Source of the DNA: Polyangiaceae bacterium UTPRO1
GTDB lineage: Bacteria > Desulfobacterota > Binatia > UTPRO1
Assembly (NCBI GenBank): GCA_002050235.1
Contig: MWST01000032.1
Coordinates: forward strand, 600-64,599
Length of the DNA stretch: 64,000 bases
Direction of reading: 5' to 3'
Every line of letters begins with the position of its first letter. Position 1 is the stretch's first letter. Positions 39,513 through 49,100 of this stretch are shown piece by piece. The notes under the pieces are model-generated. The model saw only the letters and a program-made list of their open reading frames with translations, ran no database searches and was not told where the DNA came from. Made by a program: the position numbers and the translations under genes.

Positions 39513-40928
39513 GTGACGGGAGGTGGTGTGCACGCGGAACGACGATCACGGCTTTCGGCGCTCGAACGGGTGCTGCGCATCTTCACGGACATCCGCGCCG
39601 GCGAAGGGCCGACGAGCCTGGCGCTCTTCGCCAACGTCTTCCTGATCCTCTGCGCCTATTATTTCATCAAGCCGCTGCGCGAGAGCTGGATCGCCGTGTC
39701 GGACATACGCGGGCTCTCCAAGATGGAGGTCAAGGCCTACTCGAGCTTCGGACAGAGCCTGCTGCTCGCCGGGATCGTCTCGTACTACGGCCGCCTCTCG
39801 GCGCGGTGGCCGCGCCGGACGCTGATCACGCGCGCGACGCTGGCCTGCATGGCCTGCCTCGTCGTCTTCTGGATGCTCCAACCGGGGTTCATCCTCGCCA
39901 ACCTGCCGGGCTCGGGCATCGCCTTCTATCTCTGGGTCGGCATGTTCGGCGTCTTCATCGTCGCCCAGTTCTGGGCCTTCGCGGCGGACCTCTACGCCGA
40001 CGAGCGCGGCCAGCGGCTACTGCCGCTGATCGGCATCGGTGCGACCGCAGGCGCCGCGGCGGGCTCGTTCTTGACCGAGCAGCTCGTCCGCAGCCGCTGG
40101 GTCGATAGCGGCATGCTGCTGCTCCTCGCCAACGCTCCGCTCGCACTCTCGATCGCGCTCACCCGGATCGCCGATGCCCGCGGCCCGCTCGGCACGCCCA
40201 AGCACGAGCGCGTTCGGCCGACGGCCCCGGCCGCCGCCGACGGCCACGGAGCTCTGGTCTTCGTGCTGCGGCACCGCTACCTCTTCGCCGCCGCGCTGGT
40301 CGCCCTCCTCACCAGCTGGGTGAACACCAACGGCGAGAACCTCCTCTTCCGCGTCGTCCAGGAGGGCCTCGAGCAAGAGCGCCAGGCCAAAGGCATCACC
40401 GATCCGGCGGCGACGATCGGCTTCGTCCGCGCCGGCACCGCCGCTTTCTACGGCGACTATTACTTCTGGGTGAACGTGAGCGCCCTCGTGCTGCAGGCGA
40501 TCGTAGCGTCGCGCCTCCTCAAGTACGGCGGCTTCGGCGTGATCTTCCTCATGCTGCCCACGATCGCCCTCGTCTCCTACTCCTCCATGGCGATCATCCC
40601 GCTGCTATGGATGGTGCGGCTCATGAAGATCGCCGACAACAGCGTCGACTACTCCATCAACAACACCGCCCGACAGGTGCTCTGGCTACCGACGACCGCC
40701 GCCATGAAGTACAAGGCGAAGCCGGTGGTCGACTCGCTGTTCGTACGCTTGGGCGACGGCTGCGCCGCCCTCACGGTGCTGGTGGGCGTACAGGTCCTGC
40801 ACCTCTCGACGCGGCATTTCTTCTACGTGACCGTGGCGCTCGTGCTCCTGTGGTTGGTGATGGCGGCGGGCATCGTCCGCGAGCATCGGCGGCTGGTCGC
40901 GGCGCGCTCCGGCACCGCGGCTGCCTGA
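39513..40928 (+). CDS. TLC (ATP/ADP translocase, Npt1/Npt2)-like MFS-type membrane transporter
   Basis: 471 aa and about 11-12 TM segments. The N-terminal motif FLILCAYYFIKPLRESWIAV resembles the ILFNYxILRxxKDxLVV motif of TLC-family carriers. The family assignment is from memory. Confidence 0.65.
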   Translation: MTGGGVHAERRSRLSALERVLRIFTDIRAGEGPTSLALFANVFLILCAYYFIKPLRESWIAVSDIRGLSKMEVKAYSSFGQSLLLAGIVSYYGRLSARWPRRTLITRATLACMACLVVFWMLQPGFILANLPGSGIAFYLWVGMFGVFIVAQFWAFAADLYADERGQRLLPLIGIGATAGAAAGSFLTEQLVRSRWVDSGMLLLLANAPLALSIALTRIADARGPLGTPKHERVRPTAPAAADGHGALVFVLRHRYLFAAALVALLTSWVNTNGENLLFRVVQEGLEQERQAKGITDPAATIGFVRAGTAAFYGDYYFWVNVSALVLQAIVASRLLKYGGFGVIFLMLPTIALVSYSSMAIIPLLWMVRLMKIADNSVDYSINNTARQVLWLPTTAAMKYKAKPVVDSLFVRLGDGCAALTVLVGVQVLHLSTRHFFYVTVALVLLWLVMAAGIVREHRRLVAARSGTAAA

Positions 40929-40934
40929 CCGGTC

Positions 40935-43900
40935 GTGGCGCGCTCGGCCGCACCCGTCACCCGGCCGCTCTCGGTCGAGCCCGGCGAGGGGCGCGTCCTC
41001 GGCTGGAGCGCCCTGGTCCTCTTCGCCGTCTCGTGGGCCTCGATCTCGGTCGCCAACGTCGCCGACACGCTCTTCTTGAAACGCATCGGCGTCGATCGCC
41101 TGCCCTGGGTCTTCCTCGGGAACTCCGTGCTCCTCACCTTCACGACCTTCGCGGTCGGACGCCTCGCGGTCCGCTGGGAGTCGCGCACGCTGCTCGTGGC
41201 GACGCTCGCGGGACTCGGGCTGGCGCTGGTGCCGCTCTGGCTGCTGGTCGCCGCCGACGTCGGCAGCGCCTTCGTGCTGCTCGTGCTGGCGGCGAAGCAG
41301 CTCGACGCGATCGCGCTCGTCGTCTTCTGGACCGCCGTCGGAAGCCTGGTGAGCGCGCGCCAGGGCAAGCGGCTCTTCGCGCCGATCAGCGCCGGCGGCA
41401 CGTTCGGAGCTGTCGCCGGCAGCTTCGCCTCGGGCTGGCTCGGCCGAACGTTCGGCATCGCGACGCTCCTGCCGTTGGCGGGCATCACCATGGCGCTCGC
41501 CGCAGCAGCGGCTGCGCCGCTGCTGCGCCTGCGGCGCCCGCGCTACTACCGCCCCGCGCCCGTCCACGCGCTCGCCGACGTCGCCGGCCGGCGGTTCGGC
41601 CCGCTGTGGCGCACCAGCGCCCTCTTCCGCGTCCTCGCGCTGACCTCGCTCCTGGCCGGCATCCTCGGCCCGATGCTCTATTTCGAGCTCGCCTACGTCG
41701 CCGACCGGGCCACCTCCGGCCACGGCGGCGAGCAGCGCCTCCTCGACCTCTACGCGCTCTTCCGCGGCTGGCTGAACGTCGGCGTCATGGTGATCCAGGT
41801 GACCGGTACGTCCGCAGTCTTTCGCCGCCTCGGCGTGCCGCTGGCGGCGGCCCTCTCGCCCGTGATCTACCTCCTCGGACTCGTCGGGCTGAGCGTGCGG
41901 CTGAGCCTCGCCGCCGGCATCGCCGCGGTCGCCGGCGCCAACCTGCAGGACCACGCCGTCTACGATCCCGCGCAGCGCATCCTGGTGACCCTATTCCCCG
42001 AGCGCGTGCGCGCCGCCGTGACGACGCTGATCGACGGCCCCGTGAAGCGGGCCGGCGGCCTGATCGGAAACGTCGTCATCATCATTGCCCTGGCCGTCGG
42101 TACTCCCGCCTGGGTCGGCTACGCCGGCCTGCCGATCGCGGCGGCGTGGCTGGCGGCGGCGCTCGTCCTCTGGCGCCTCTACCCGGCCCTGCTCCTGCAG
42201 GTAGCGACCGCGCGGCGCAGCGACTTCGAGGAACCGCCGCCCCTCACCGAGTTGCTCGACGGCGGCACGGTGCGGCTCCTCGAGCAGAGCCTCGGCGGCA
42301 GCGACCTCGAGCGCTGCCGCGCCGCCTGCGACGTCGTCGTCGAGGCGGCTCCGCGCCGCGCCGTGCGCGCGCTCGCCCGCGCGCTCGGCGCCGCACCGGC
42401 AGCGCATCGGCCGCTCCTCGTCGCCGCCCTGCAGCGCGTGCTCGGCGAGGACTCTGCCGCGGCGCTCGTTCACGACGAGAGCGCGCGCCTGCTGGCGGCG
42501 CTCCTGGCCGCGCCCGCGGGCCTCGGCGCCCTCGATCGCGCCCACCTCGTGCAGGCCTACGGGCGCCTCCTCGGCGCCGCCGCCGCGCAGTCGCCGGCGC
42601 TGCGCACGGCGCTCGCCGACCCGCATCCCGCGGTCGCGCTCGCGGCGCAGGCGGCCCTCGCCCGGGCCGGCGCCGCCGCGAACACGGCGCTCGACGCCGC
42701 CCTCTCCGCTGCGTTCGCGCACCCTGACGCCGACGTGCGCCGGATCGCGGGCGAAGAGCTCGGCATCGAGCTCCGCCGGCCGGCAGCGGACGGCGCGGCG
42801 TGGGCGGTCCGGCTCGAGCAGTTGCTGGCCCGCCTCGAAGCGCCCGCGGACCGCGCCCACGCCGCCGCGACCCTGGCCGCGGCCGCAGCCGTCCACGGCG
42901 CGCGCCTCCGTCCGCACGCGGCGCGCATCCTCGTCCATCGCCGCGACGACGATCCCGCCGTCCGCATCGCCGTGCTCGACGTCATCGGCCGCGCCCGGCT
43001 CCTCGAAGCGGCGGAGAGCCTCGTCGATCATCTGACCGCCGCCGACCCGCGCGAAGCGGCGGCGGCGTGCGCGGCGCTGCGCGCCCTCGGTGCCGACGCC
43101 GTCGACGTCCTCCTGCACACGCTCCGCTGCGGCCGTTTCCGCGCCCGCGAAGCGGTGCGATCGATCCTCGTCGGCCTGCCGATCGATCCCGAGCGCCTGC
43201 GGGTGCTCCTCGACCGCGAGGTCGAGGTCATGCGCCGCCTGATCCTCCGCACCGAAGCGCTGCGCGTCGGCGGAGTCGCAGACGCGGTGCTGCAACGCCT
43301 CCACGAGCAGCTCGACGAGAGCTCCCACACGGCGGTAGTGCTGATCGCGACGGCGCAGGACGACGAGCGTCTGGCGCGCATCGGCCGCCTCCTCGGGCGA
43401 ACGCACGGCACGCGCGACCGCGCCCTCGTGCTCGAGGCCCTCGAAGCGCTCCTACCGCAGCGCGAGCGCGAGCGCCTGCTGCCGCTGCTCGATGACGCCA
43501 ATCCGGGAGCTCGCGCACGTCGCGCCATGGAGGCGCTCGGGCGGCCGCTGCCGACGTTCGCGGAGGCGGTTGCCGAGGTGCTCGCCTCCGGCGACGGGCT
43601 CGGTCGGGATCTCCTGCGCGGCACCCTGCCGGCGCCGACGCTGGCGGACCTCGGCGGCGACGTGACATACGAGCGGCCGGACCAGCGTATGACCCACGTC
43701 GACATGATCCTGGCGCTCCGCCGGCTCGACCTCTTCGCGGGGCTGACGACCCGGCAGCTCTCCGAGCTGGCGCGGGTCGTCGCCGAGTGCCGGGTCGCGG
43801 CGGGCGAGACGATCGTGCGCGAGGGCGAGCCGGCCACGCAGATGTACTTCATCGTCGCCGGCGCGGTGCGGGTCACCAGGGAGGGCGCGGCGGTATCGGC

Positions 43901-44147
43901 TCTCGGCCCGGGCGAGTTCTTCGGCGAGATCGCCGTGCTCGACGGCGAGCAACGCTCGGCGTCGGTGACCGCCGACGGCCCCGTGCACCTCCTCCGCCTC
44001 GATCGCCACGACCTCTTCGAGGTCATGGAGGAGCACCCGGCCATAGCGGTCGCCATCTGCCAGACGCTCGGCCGCCGCATTCGCGAGCTCCTCGACGAGC
44101 GCGCCGACGCGGCGGCGGCTCCGGGATCGCCGCAGAGCCGCTTCTAG
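40935..44147 (+). CDS. TLC-like membrane domain fused to HEAT-like repeats and a C-terminal cyclic-nucleotide-binding domain
   Basis: 1070 aa, with a GTG 6 nt after the upstream stop. The N-terminal ~420 aa are polytopic. The middle has Ala/Leu-rich HEAT-like repeats (DPHPAVALAAQAAL, HPDADVRRIAGEEL, DDDPAVRIAVLDVIG). The C-terminal cNMP fold is FFGEIAVLDGEQRSASV. Confidence 0.75.
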   Translation: MARSAAPVTRPLSVEPGEGRVLGWSALVLFAVSWASISVANVADTLFLKRIGVDRLPWVFLGNSVLLTFTTFAVGRLAVRWESRTLLVATLAGLGLALVPLWLLVAADVGSAFVLLVLAAKQLDAIALVVFWTAVGSLVSARQGKRLFAPISAGGTFGAVAGSFASGWLGRTFGIATLLPLAGITMALAAAAAAPLLRLRRPRYYRPAPVHALADVAGRRFGPLWRTSALFRVLALTSLLAGILGPMLYFELAYVADRATSGHGGEQRLLDLYALFRGWLNVGVMVIQVTGTSAVFRRLGVPLAAALSPVIYLLGLVGLSVRLSLAAGIAAVAGANLQDHAVYDPAQRILVTLFPERVRAAVTTLIDGPVKRAGGLIGNVVIIIALAVGTPAWVGYAGLPIAAAWLAAALVLWRLYPALLLQVATARRSDFEEPPPLTELLDGGTVRLLEQSLGGSDLERCRAACDVVVEAAPRRAVRALARALGAAPAAHRPLLVAALQRVLGEDSAAALVHDESARLLAALLAAPAGLGALDRAHLVQAYGRLLGAAAAQSPALRTALADPHPAVALAAQAALARAGAAANTALDAALSAAFAHPDADVRRIAGEELGIELRRPAADGAAWAVRLEQLLARLEAPADRAHAAATLAAAAAVHGARLRPHAARILVHRRDDDPAVRIAVLDVIGRARLLEAAESLVDHLTAADPREAAAACAALRALGADAVDVLLHTLRCGRFRAREAVRSILVGLPIDPERLRVLLDREVEVMRRLILRTEALRVGGVADAVLQRLHEQLDESSHTAVVLIATAQDDERLARIGRLLGRTHGTRDRALVLEALEALLPQRERERLLPLLDDANPGARARRAMEALGRPLPTFAEAVAEVLASGDGLGRDLLRGTLPAPTLADLGGDVTYERPDQRMTHVDMILALRRLDLFAGLTTRQLSELARVVAECRVAAGETIVREGEPATQMYFIVAGAVRVTREGAAVSALGPGEFFGEIAVLDGEQRSASVTADGPVHLLRLDRHDLFEVMEEHPAIAVAICQTLGRRIRELLDERADAAAAPGSPQSRF

Positions 44148-46081
44148 CGGACCCGGACTCTCCCGGCGTCGACGTCGGCGAGGAGCGCGGCGATGCGCTG
44201 CTGCAGCCGTCCGATCTCCCCGGCGGTGAGGCCGAGCTGGATCTTGCCGCGGGCGATACGAACCCCTTTGGCCGGATCCAGAGGAGCGGTGCGGCGCCCG
44301 AGCCGGAAGATGCCGGCCGCGTCGACGTCCATGTCGAAGAGCGTCGACAGGCGCTCGACCTCCTCCGGCGGCAGGGCGCGGAGCCGGGCTACGGGATCGG
44401 CGCGGAGCCAGGGGACGCGGAGCGTGTTCCAGTTGCGTACGAAGAAGTTCCACGGGAACCCTTCGAAGGCGATGCCGTTGTCGATCGAGAATACGCGCGG
44501 ATCCTCGGGGTCGGTGGAGATCAGGAAATTGCCGTCGCGGCCGTCGCGATGGTCGATGAGATAGGTGAGCAGGTTCATGTCCGCGAGGTGCGCGCCGTAG
44601 TGCGGATCGCGCTCGACGCGCTCGTCGATGTCGTCGTTCAGGTCGTCGGCGACCGCCACGTCCTCCATCCACGCGGCGAAGAGCCCGAGGACGCAGCGGC
44701 TGCCGGGGAGAGTCGGCTTCGCGTCCTTCAAGACGCGGTAGACGTCGACGGGGATGCAGCGCGGGACCGTCGTCGGCACGACGTAGTCGTCCTCGTCGAA
44801 GATCCAGCGTTGTATGGCGTAGGCGGCGACCTCTTTGCGCGGCGAGTTGTTCCAGCCGTCGAGCGTCGGCCTCGGGAACGGCTTCCACTTGACCTTCATG
44901 CTCCGGCCGTCGGCGAAGCGCACCGTGAACCGCGACGCCCCGGTGACGCCGGCGCCGGCGCGCTTCACCTCGCTGATCTCGAAGTCGTCGAGGGCGAGCT
45001 TCAGATCGAGCACCGACGGCGCCATCGGCCAGTTGCGCGGCAGCGCCTTGCCGGCCTGCCGCTGCGGTCCGAATAGATGCTCGGCGGCGCGATGGGCGAG
45101 CTGCGCGATCAGCTCGCCGCGGTAGGCCGGCGTCGCCTCGGTGAATACCGCGAGCGCGAACTGGTGGCCGTCGGGAGCGCGGACGATACCGGCGTCGGCG
45201 TAGTCGGGACCCCAGGTGCCGCTCTTCGCGTAGACCTCGAGGCCCGGAATGCGCGCCGCGCCGCCGGCGATCCGGCGCGCCAGGTGCGGCTGCTGCTTCG
45301 GATCACGCTTCATGCGGCGGCGGACGGCGGCGGAGTCCTCGGGCGTGAGCGCGCGATCGGTGGCGAGGAGCCCCAGCAACTTCGCCGTACCGATCGCCGT
45401 CATCGCCTGGCGGTTCGGATACTCGCCGTCGGCGCTGACGAGACCGCCGGCGACGCCATGGTCGCGGAGGAACTGCCGATCGCGACCGACGAGATCGCCG
45501 CCGCCGTCGTAGGTCGGATTGACGCAGTGGAGGTCGTCGATGCCGAGGCTCTGGAGCCAGCGCTTCACCACCTGCCGGCGCTCGCGGTAGCGCGCGTACT
45601 CGCCGGGCGGCAGCTCCGGACCCGGCGCGGTGTCGGTCAGCCGGGCGAAGACCTTCTGCGTCGCTCGATTGCTGCTCTCGCGGATCATCGCCTCGAGCTC
45701 GGCATCGAGCCCGGGATCGATGACCAGCCGCCCTTCCTCCTGCCAGCGATACGCCGCCATCAGGTAGACGAACTTGACGACGCTCGCCGGATAGATCGGC
45801 CGATCGCCGCCGGCGTGCGCGAGCCGTGGCGGCCCGTCGCTCGGAAGGTCGAGGAGTGCGACGCCGACTGCGGCGCGCCGCAGCGCCGGGTCGAAGTCGG
45901 CCAGCGTCGCCATCGTCCGCTCGAGGAAGGTCTGCAGCTCGGAGGCGGGCCGGATCGTCGCCAGCCATTGGCGTGCCGCCGCGGCCGGCGGCGGCGGCGC
46001 CGCCGCCGCGCCCCGCGCGCACCCGACGACCAGCAGCACCACCGCCATCCGCGACCAAGAGCGCATGCAGCTCCGCACCAT
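44144..46081 (-). CDS. Lipoprotein: class A beta-lactamase-fold serine hydrolase fused to a type II PI3/PI4-kinase-like domain
   Basis: 645 aa from ATG 46081, with the lipobox LLVVGC. The N-domain has SVVK (SxxK), SSN (the SDN position) and KSG (KTG). The C-domain has KVKWKPF, RKEVAAYAI, IDHRDGRDGNFLI (catalytic-loop-like) and IDNGIAF (DFG-like). Confidence 0.7.
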   Translation of the reverse strand: MVRSCMRSWSRMAVVLLVVGCARGAAAAPPPPAAAARQWLATIRPASELQTFLERTMATLADFDPALRRAAVGVALLDLPSDGPPRLAHAGGDRPIYPASVVKFVYLMAAYRWQEEGRLVIDPGLDAELEAMIRESSNRATQKVFARLTDTAPGPELPPGEYARYRERRQVVKRWLQSLGIDDLHCVNPTYDGGGDLVGRDRQFLRDHGVAGGLVSADGEYPNRQAMTAIGTAKLLGLLATDRALTPEDSAAVRRRMKRDPKQQPHLARRIAGGAARIPGLEVYAKSGTWGPDYADAGIVRAPDGHQFALAVFTEATPAYRGELIAQLAHRAAEHLFGPQRQAGKALPRNWPMAPSVLDLKLALDDFEISEVKRAGAGVTGASRFTVRFADGRSMKVKWKPFPRPTLDGWNNSPRKEVAAYAIQRWIFDEDDYVVPTTVPRCIPVDVYRVLKDAKPTLPGSRCVLGLFAAWMEDVAVADDLNDDIDERVERDPHYGAHLADMNLLTYLIDHRDGRDGNFLISTDPEDPRVFSIDNGIAFEGFPWNFFVRNWNTLRVPWLRADPVARLRALPPEEVERLSTLFDMDVDAAGIFRLGRRTAPLDPAKGVRIARGKIQLGLTAGEIGRLQQRIAALLADVDAGRVRVR

Positions 46082-46171
46082 AGCCGGAAGCGCACCGCAC
46101 GTCAGCGGCGCCAGCGGTATCTCGGGCCGGCGAATTCCGGTACAACCCGGCCGCTCATGGAGGGATTTGCG

Positions 46172-49100
46172 ATGGAGCGGCGGCGACGCGTGCTGGCGGT
46201 GGTCGTATTCTCGGGAATGCTCGCCGCGGGCGGCGCCGCGGCGGCATTCGAGGCGCCGGCGCTGTCGCCGGGACAGCAGAAGACCCTGAAGCAGAACTTC
46301 GCGCTCTGTCTCGGCAAGCTGAAAGGGCCCTATACCGAGAACTTCTGCCTCTGCCGCGACGGGCGCAAGCTCCCTGTCCAAGGGCCGAACGGCGCGGTGC
46401 GCATCCCCTGTCCGAACCCGCTGTTCTGCGCCGCCTACCGCGCTCCCTGGGCCGAGGCCCTCGCCCATGAGCGCATGTACATCGCCAACATCTTCTCTCG
46501 CGACGAGCATCTCTGGTCGACGTTCCCGAACCACCACGACCTCGTCCGCGGCTACGTGCTCGAGAAGTACTTCGTCGAGACGCACCCCACCCACAAGCTC
46601 GCGCAGATGAAGCAGTACCGCGGACTTTCCAGCGCCGAGGAAGAGCTTCCGGCAGCGCTCGCGTTCTTCGAGAAATATCTCGGCGGCGACGAATTCGACG
46701 GCGACCGCCACTTCCTCCTCGCCTACGAGCTGCAGCGCCGCTACTTCGCGCGCGACGACGTCGGCCAGGTGCAGAAGATCCGCGACCTGGCAGTACGGAT
46801 CGAGCGCGCCAAGGCCGACTTCAAGCCGCTGAAGGACGCCGTCCACAACCAGGTCTCGGCGGGCCTGATCCCGAGCCTCGTCGCCTACCGCGCCAAGCTG
46901 CCTGCCGGCGCGACCCGCGATCAGCTCGACGATCTCGTCGGCGAGATCCGCAAGCTCACGAGCCTCGACGAGAGCGCGCTCGCGCCGCAGGTCGGTGCGA
47001 TCGCCGATCCGGCCGTGCGCGCGGCGCTGACGAAGCTCCTGCCGAACCCGTCGACGCCGCCCGTCGAAGCGGCGACCGCGCTCGGGACGATGATGGCGAC
47101 GGCGCGGCGCGCCGTCGGCGAGAGCACGACCGCGCCCGCCGACAGACGCCGCCTCGTCGACCTCGACATCACCGCCGCGCAGGTGCTGCAGCAGCGCGGC
47201 AGCGCCGCTCTCGCCGGCCCCGGCACGACGGCGCAACAGCACGTCGCAGTGCTGGGGGCGCTCTCCGCGGCCGCCTACGGCGCCGGGCTCCTGAACGCGC
47301 GCGAGTACGAAGCGGCGAGCACGGCGATCCGCGAGCTCGGCGCCGACGCCGAGCCCGATCGCGCCGACTTCGCGCGCCGCCTGCGCGTGGCGAAGCGCGT
47401 CGTCGAGTGGGCCCAGGGCAACGCCGAGCTCGCCTTCGCCGAGGTGATGGCGCCCTGGACCTTCCTCCTCCCCGACGTCGCCGGCATCCGCGACGACGTG
47501 CTGCGCGGGTCGCCGCTCATCCTCTACGCCGAGGTCGTGAACCGGCTCGACGACTTCGCCGCCGGCGGCGAGCGGCCGAAGCATCGCTTCTTCGGCACCG
47601 CCGTCGAGGGCGACGTCCGGGCGCTGAATCCCGGCCTCGCCTACGGTCGACTGCGCGTCGGCCCCAAGGACCACGGCTACACGCGCGACGACATCGTGGC
47701 GCTCACGGAGACGCCCGCCGACCTCGAGCCGGCAGCGGGCATCCTGACGCAGGGCGAGGGCAACGTGCTCTCGCACGTCCAGCTCCTGGCTCGCGCCCTC
47801 GGCATCCCCAACGTCGTGCTCGGCTCGCGGGCGTTCGACGTCCTGCGCATGCACGACGGCAAGGCGGTGGTGCTGGTCGTGACCCCCGGCGGCCGGGTCG
47901 TCCTCGAGGAAGCTTCGCGCCTGTCGCCCGAGATCCGCGAGGCCTACGCCGAGTACACGCGCAACGAGACCCGCCGCACCGCCGGCGCGCTCGGCGGCGG
48001 CGCCGGACGCCTCCACATCGATCGCGCCAAGATCGACCTCGGCCCGAAGCTCCCCATCGACCTCAGAGACGTGCGCCGCAAGGACTCGGGCGTGTTCTGC
48101 GGCCCCAAAGCGGCATTCCTCGGCGAGCTGAAGTCGATCTTTCCCGACCACGTGGCGCGCGGGATCGTGGTGCCGTTCGGCGCCTACCACGCGCACTACT
48201 CGCGGGCGGCAGTGATCGTGCCCGCAGAGCTGCGCGGCGATAACGTCGCCGTTCCCGGTGAGCCTCTCTCGGCCTTCGTCGAGCGCACCTACCATACGTT
48301 CTTCGCCGAGCTCGTCCCGTCGGGAAAGAGCGAGCGCGAGCTCTCCGCCTGGATCGAGCCGCGCCTCGCCGTCGTCCGCCACACCATCCGCCAGACACCG
48401 CTCGATCCGGCCCTGCGCCAAGCGATCCGCGACGGACTGGCGAAGAACGGGCTCCTGCGCGGCGGCGACGACACCGCCGGCTGCTTCGTGCGCAGCGACA
48501 CCAACGTCGAGGATCTCGACAATTTCAACGGCGCCGGTCTGAATCTCACCCTCTTCAACCGCCGCACGCTCGACGACATCTATTCCGGCCTGGCCGAGGT
48601 GTGGGCCTCGCCTTTCCAGTTCCGCTCGTTCTCGTGGCGGCAGACGCTGATCGACGACCCGGTCTGGGTGCTGTCGTCGGTCGTGATCCTGGAGTCGGTG
48701 CCGTCGGAGAAGTCCGGCGTGCTGGTCACCGCCGACGTCAACGACGGCGCCCCCGGAAAGATGCTGGTCGCGACCTCGGAAGGCGTCGGCGGCGCCGTCG
48801 ACGGCACCTCGGCCGAGACCCTGCTCTGGTCGCCGCAGGGCGTCGAGCTGGTCACGCTCTTCAAGTCGCCGTGGCGGACCGCACTCGACGCCGAGGGCGG
48901 CAGCAAGATAGTTCCGTCGACCGGCCGCGACACCGTGCTCGAGCCGGCGGAGCTCACGCAACTGGTCGCCGCCGGCAAGAAGATCGGCGCCGAGCTGCAG
49001 CCGGTCCGCGACGCCGCGGGAAAACCGAAGCCCTGGGACATCGAGTTCGGCTTCACCGGCGGCAAGCTCTGGCTCTTCCAGTGCCGCCCGTTCCTCGGCA

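Noticed and set aside
46082-48961. Upstream 960 codons of the 1605-aa minus-strand ORF (44144-48961)
   Set aside because: This part lies antisense to the dikinase-like gene, which has clear swivel and ATP-grasp motifs. The translation is low-complexity (runs of E, R, A, G, D and V) with no recognisable motif. The real minus-strand gene starts at 46081 with a lipoprotein signal.
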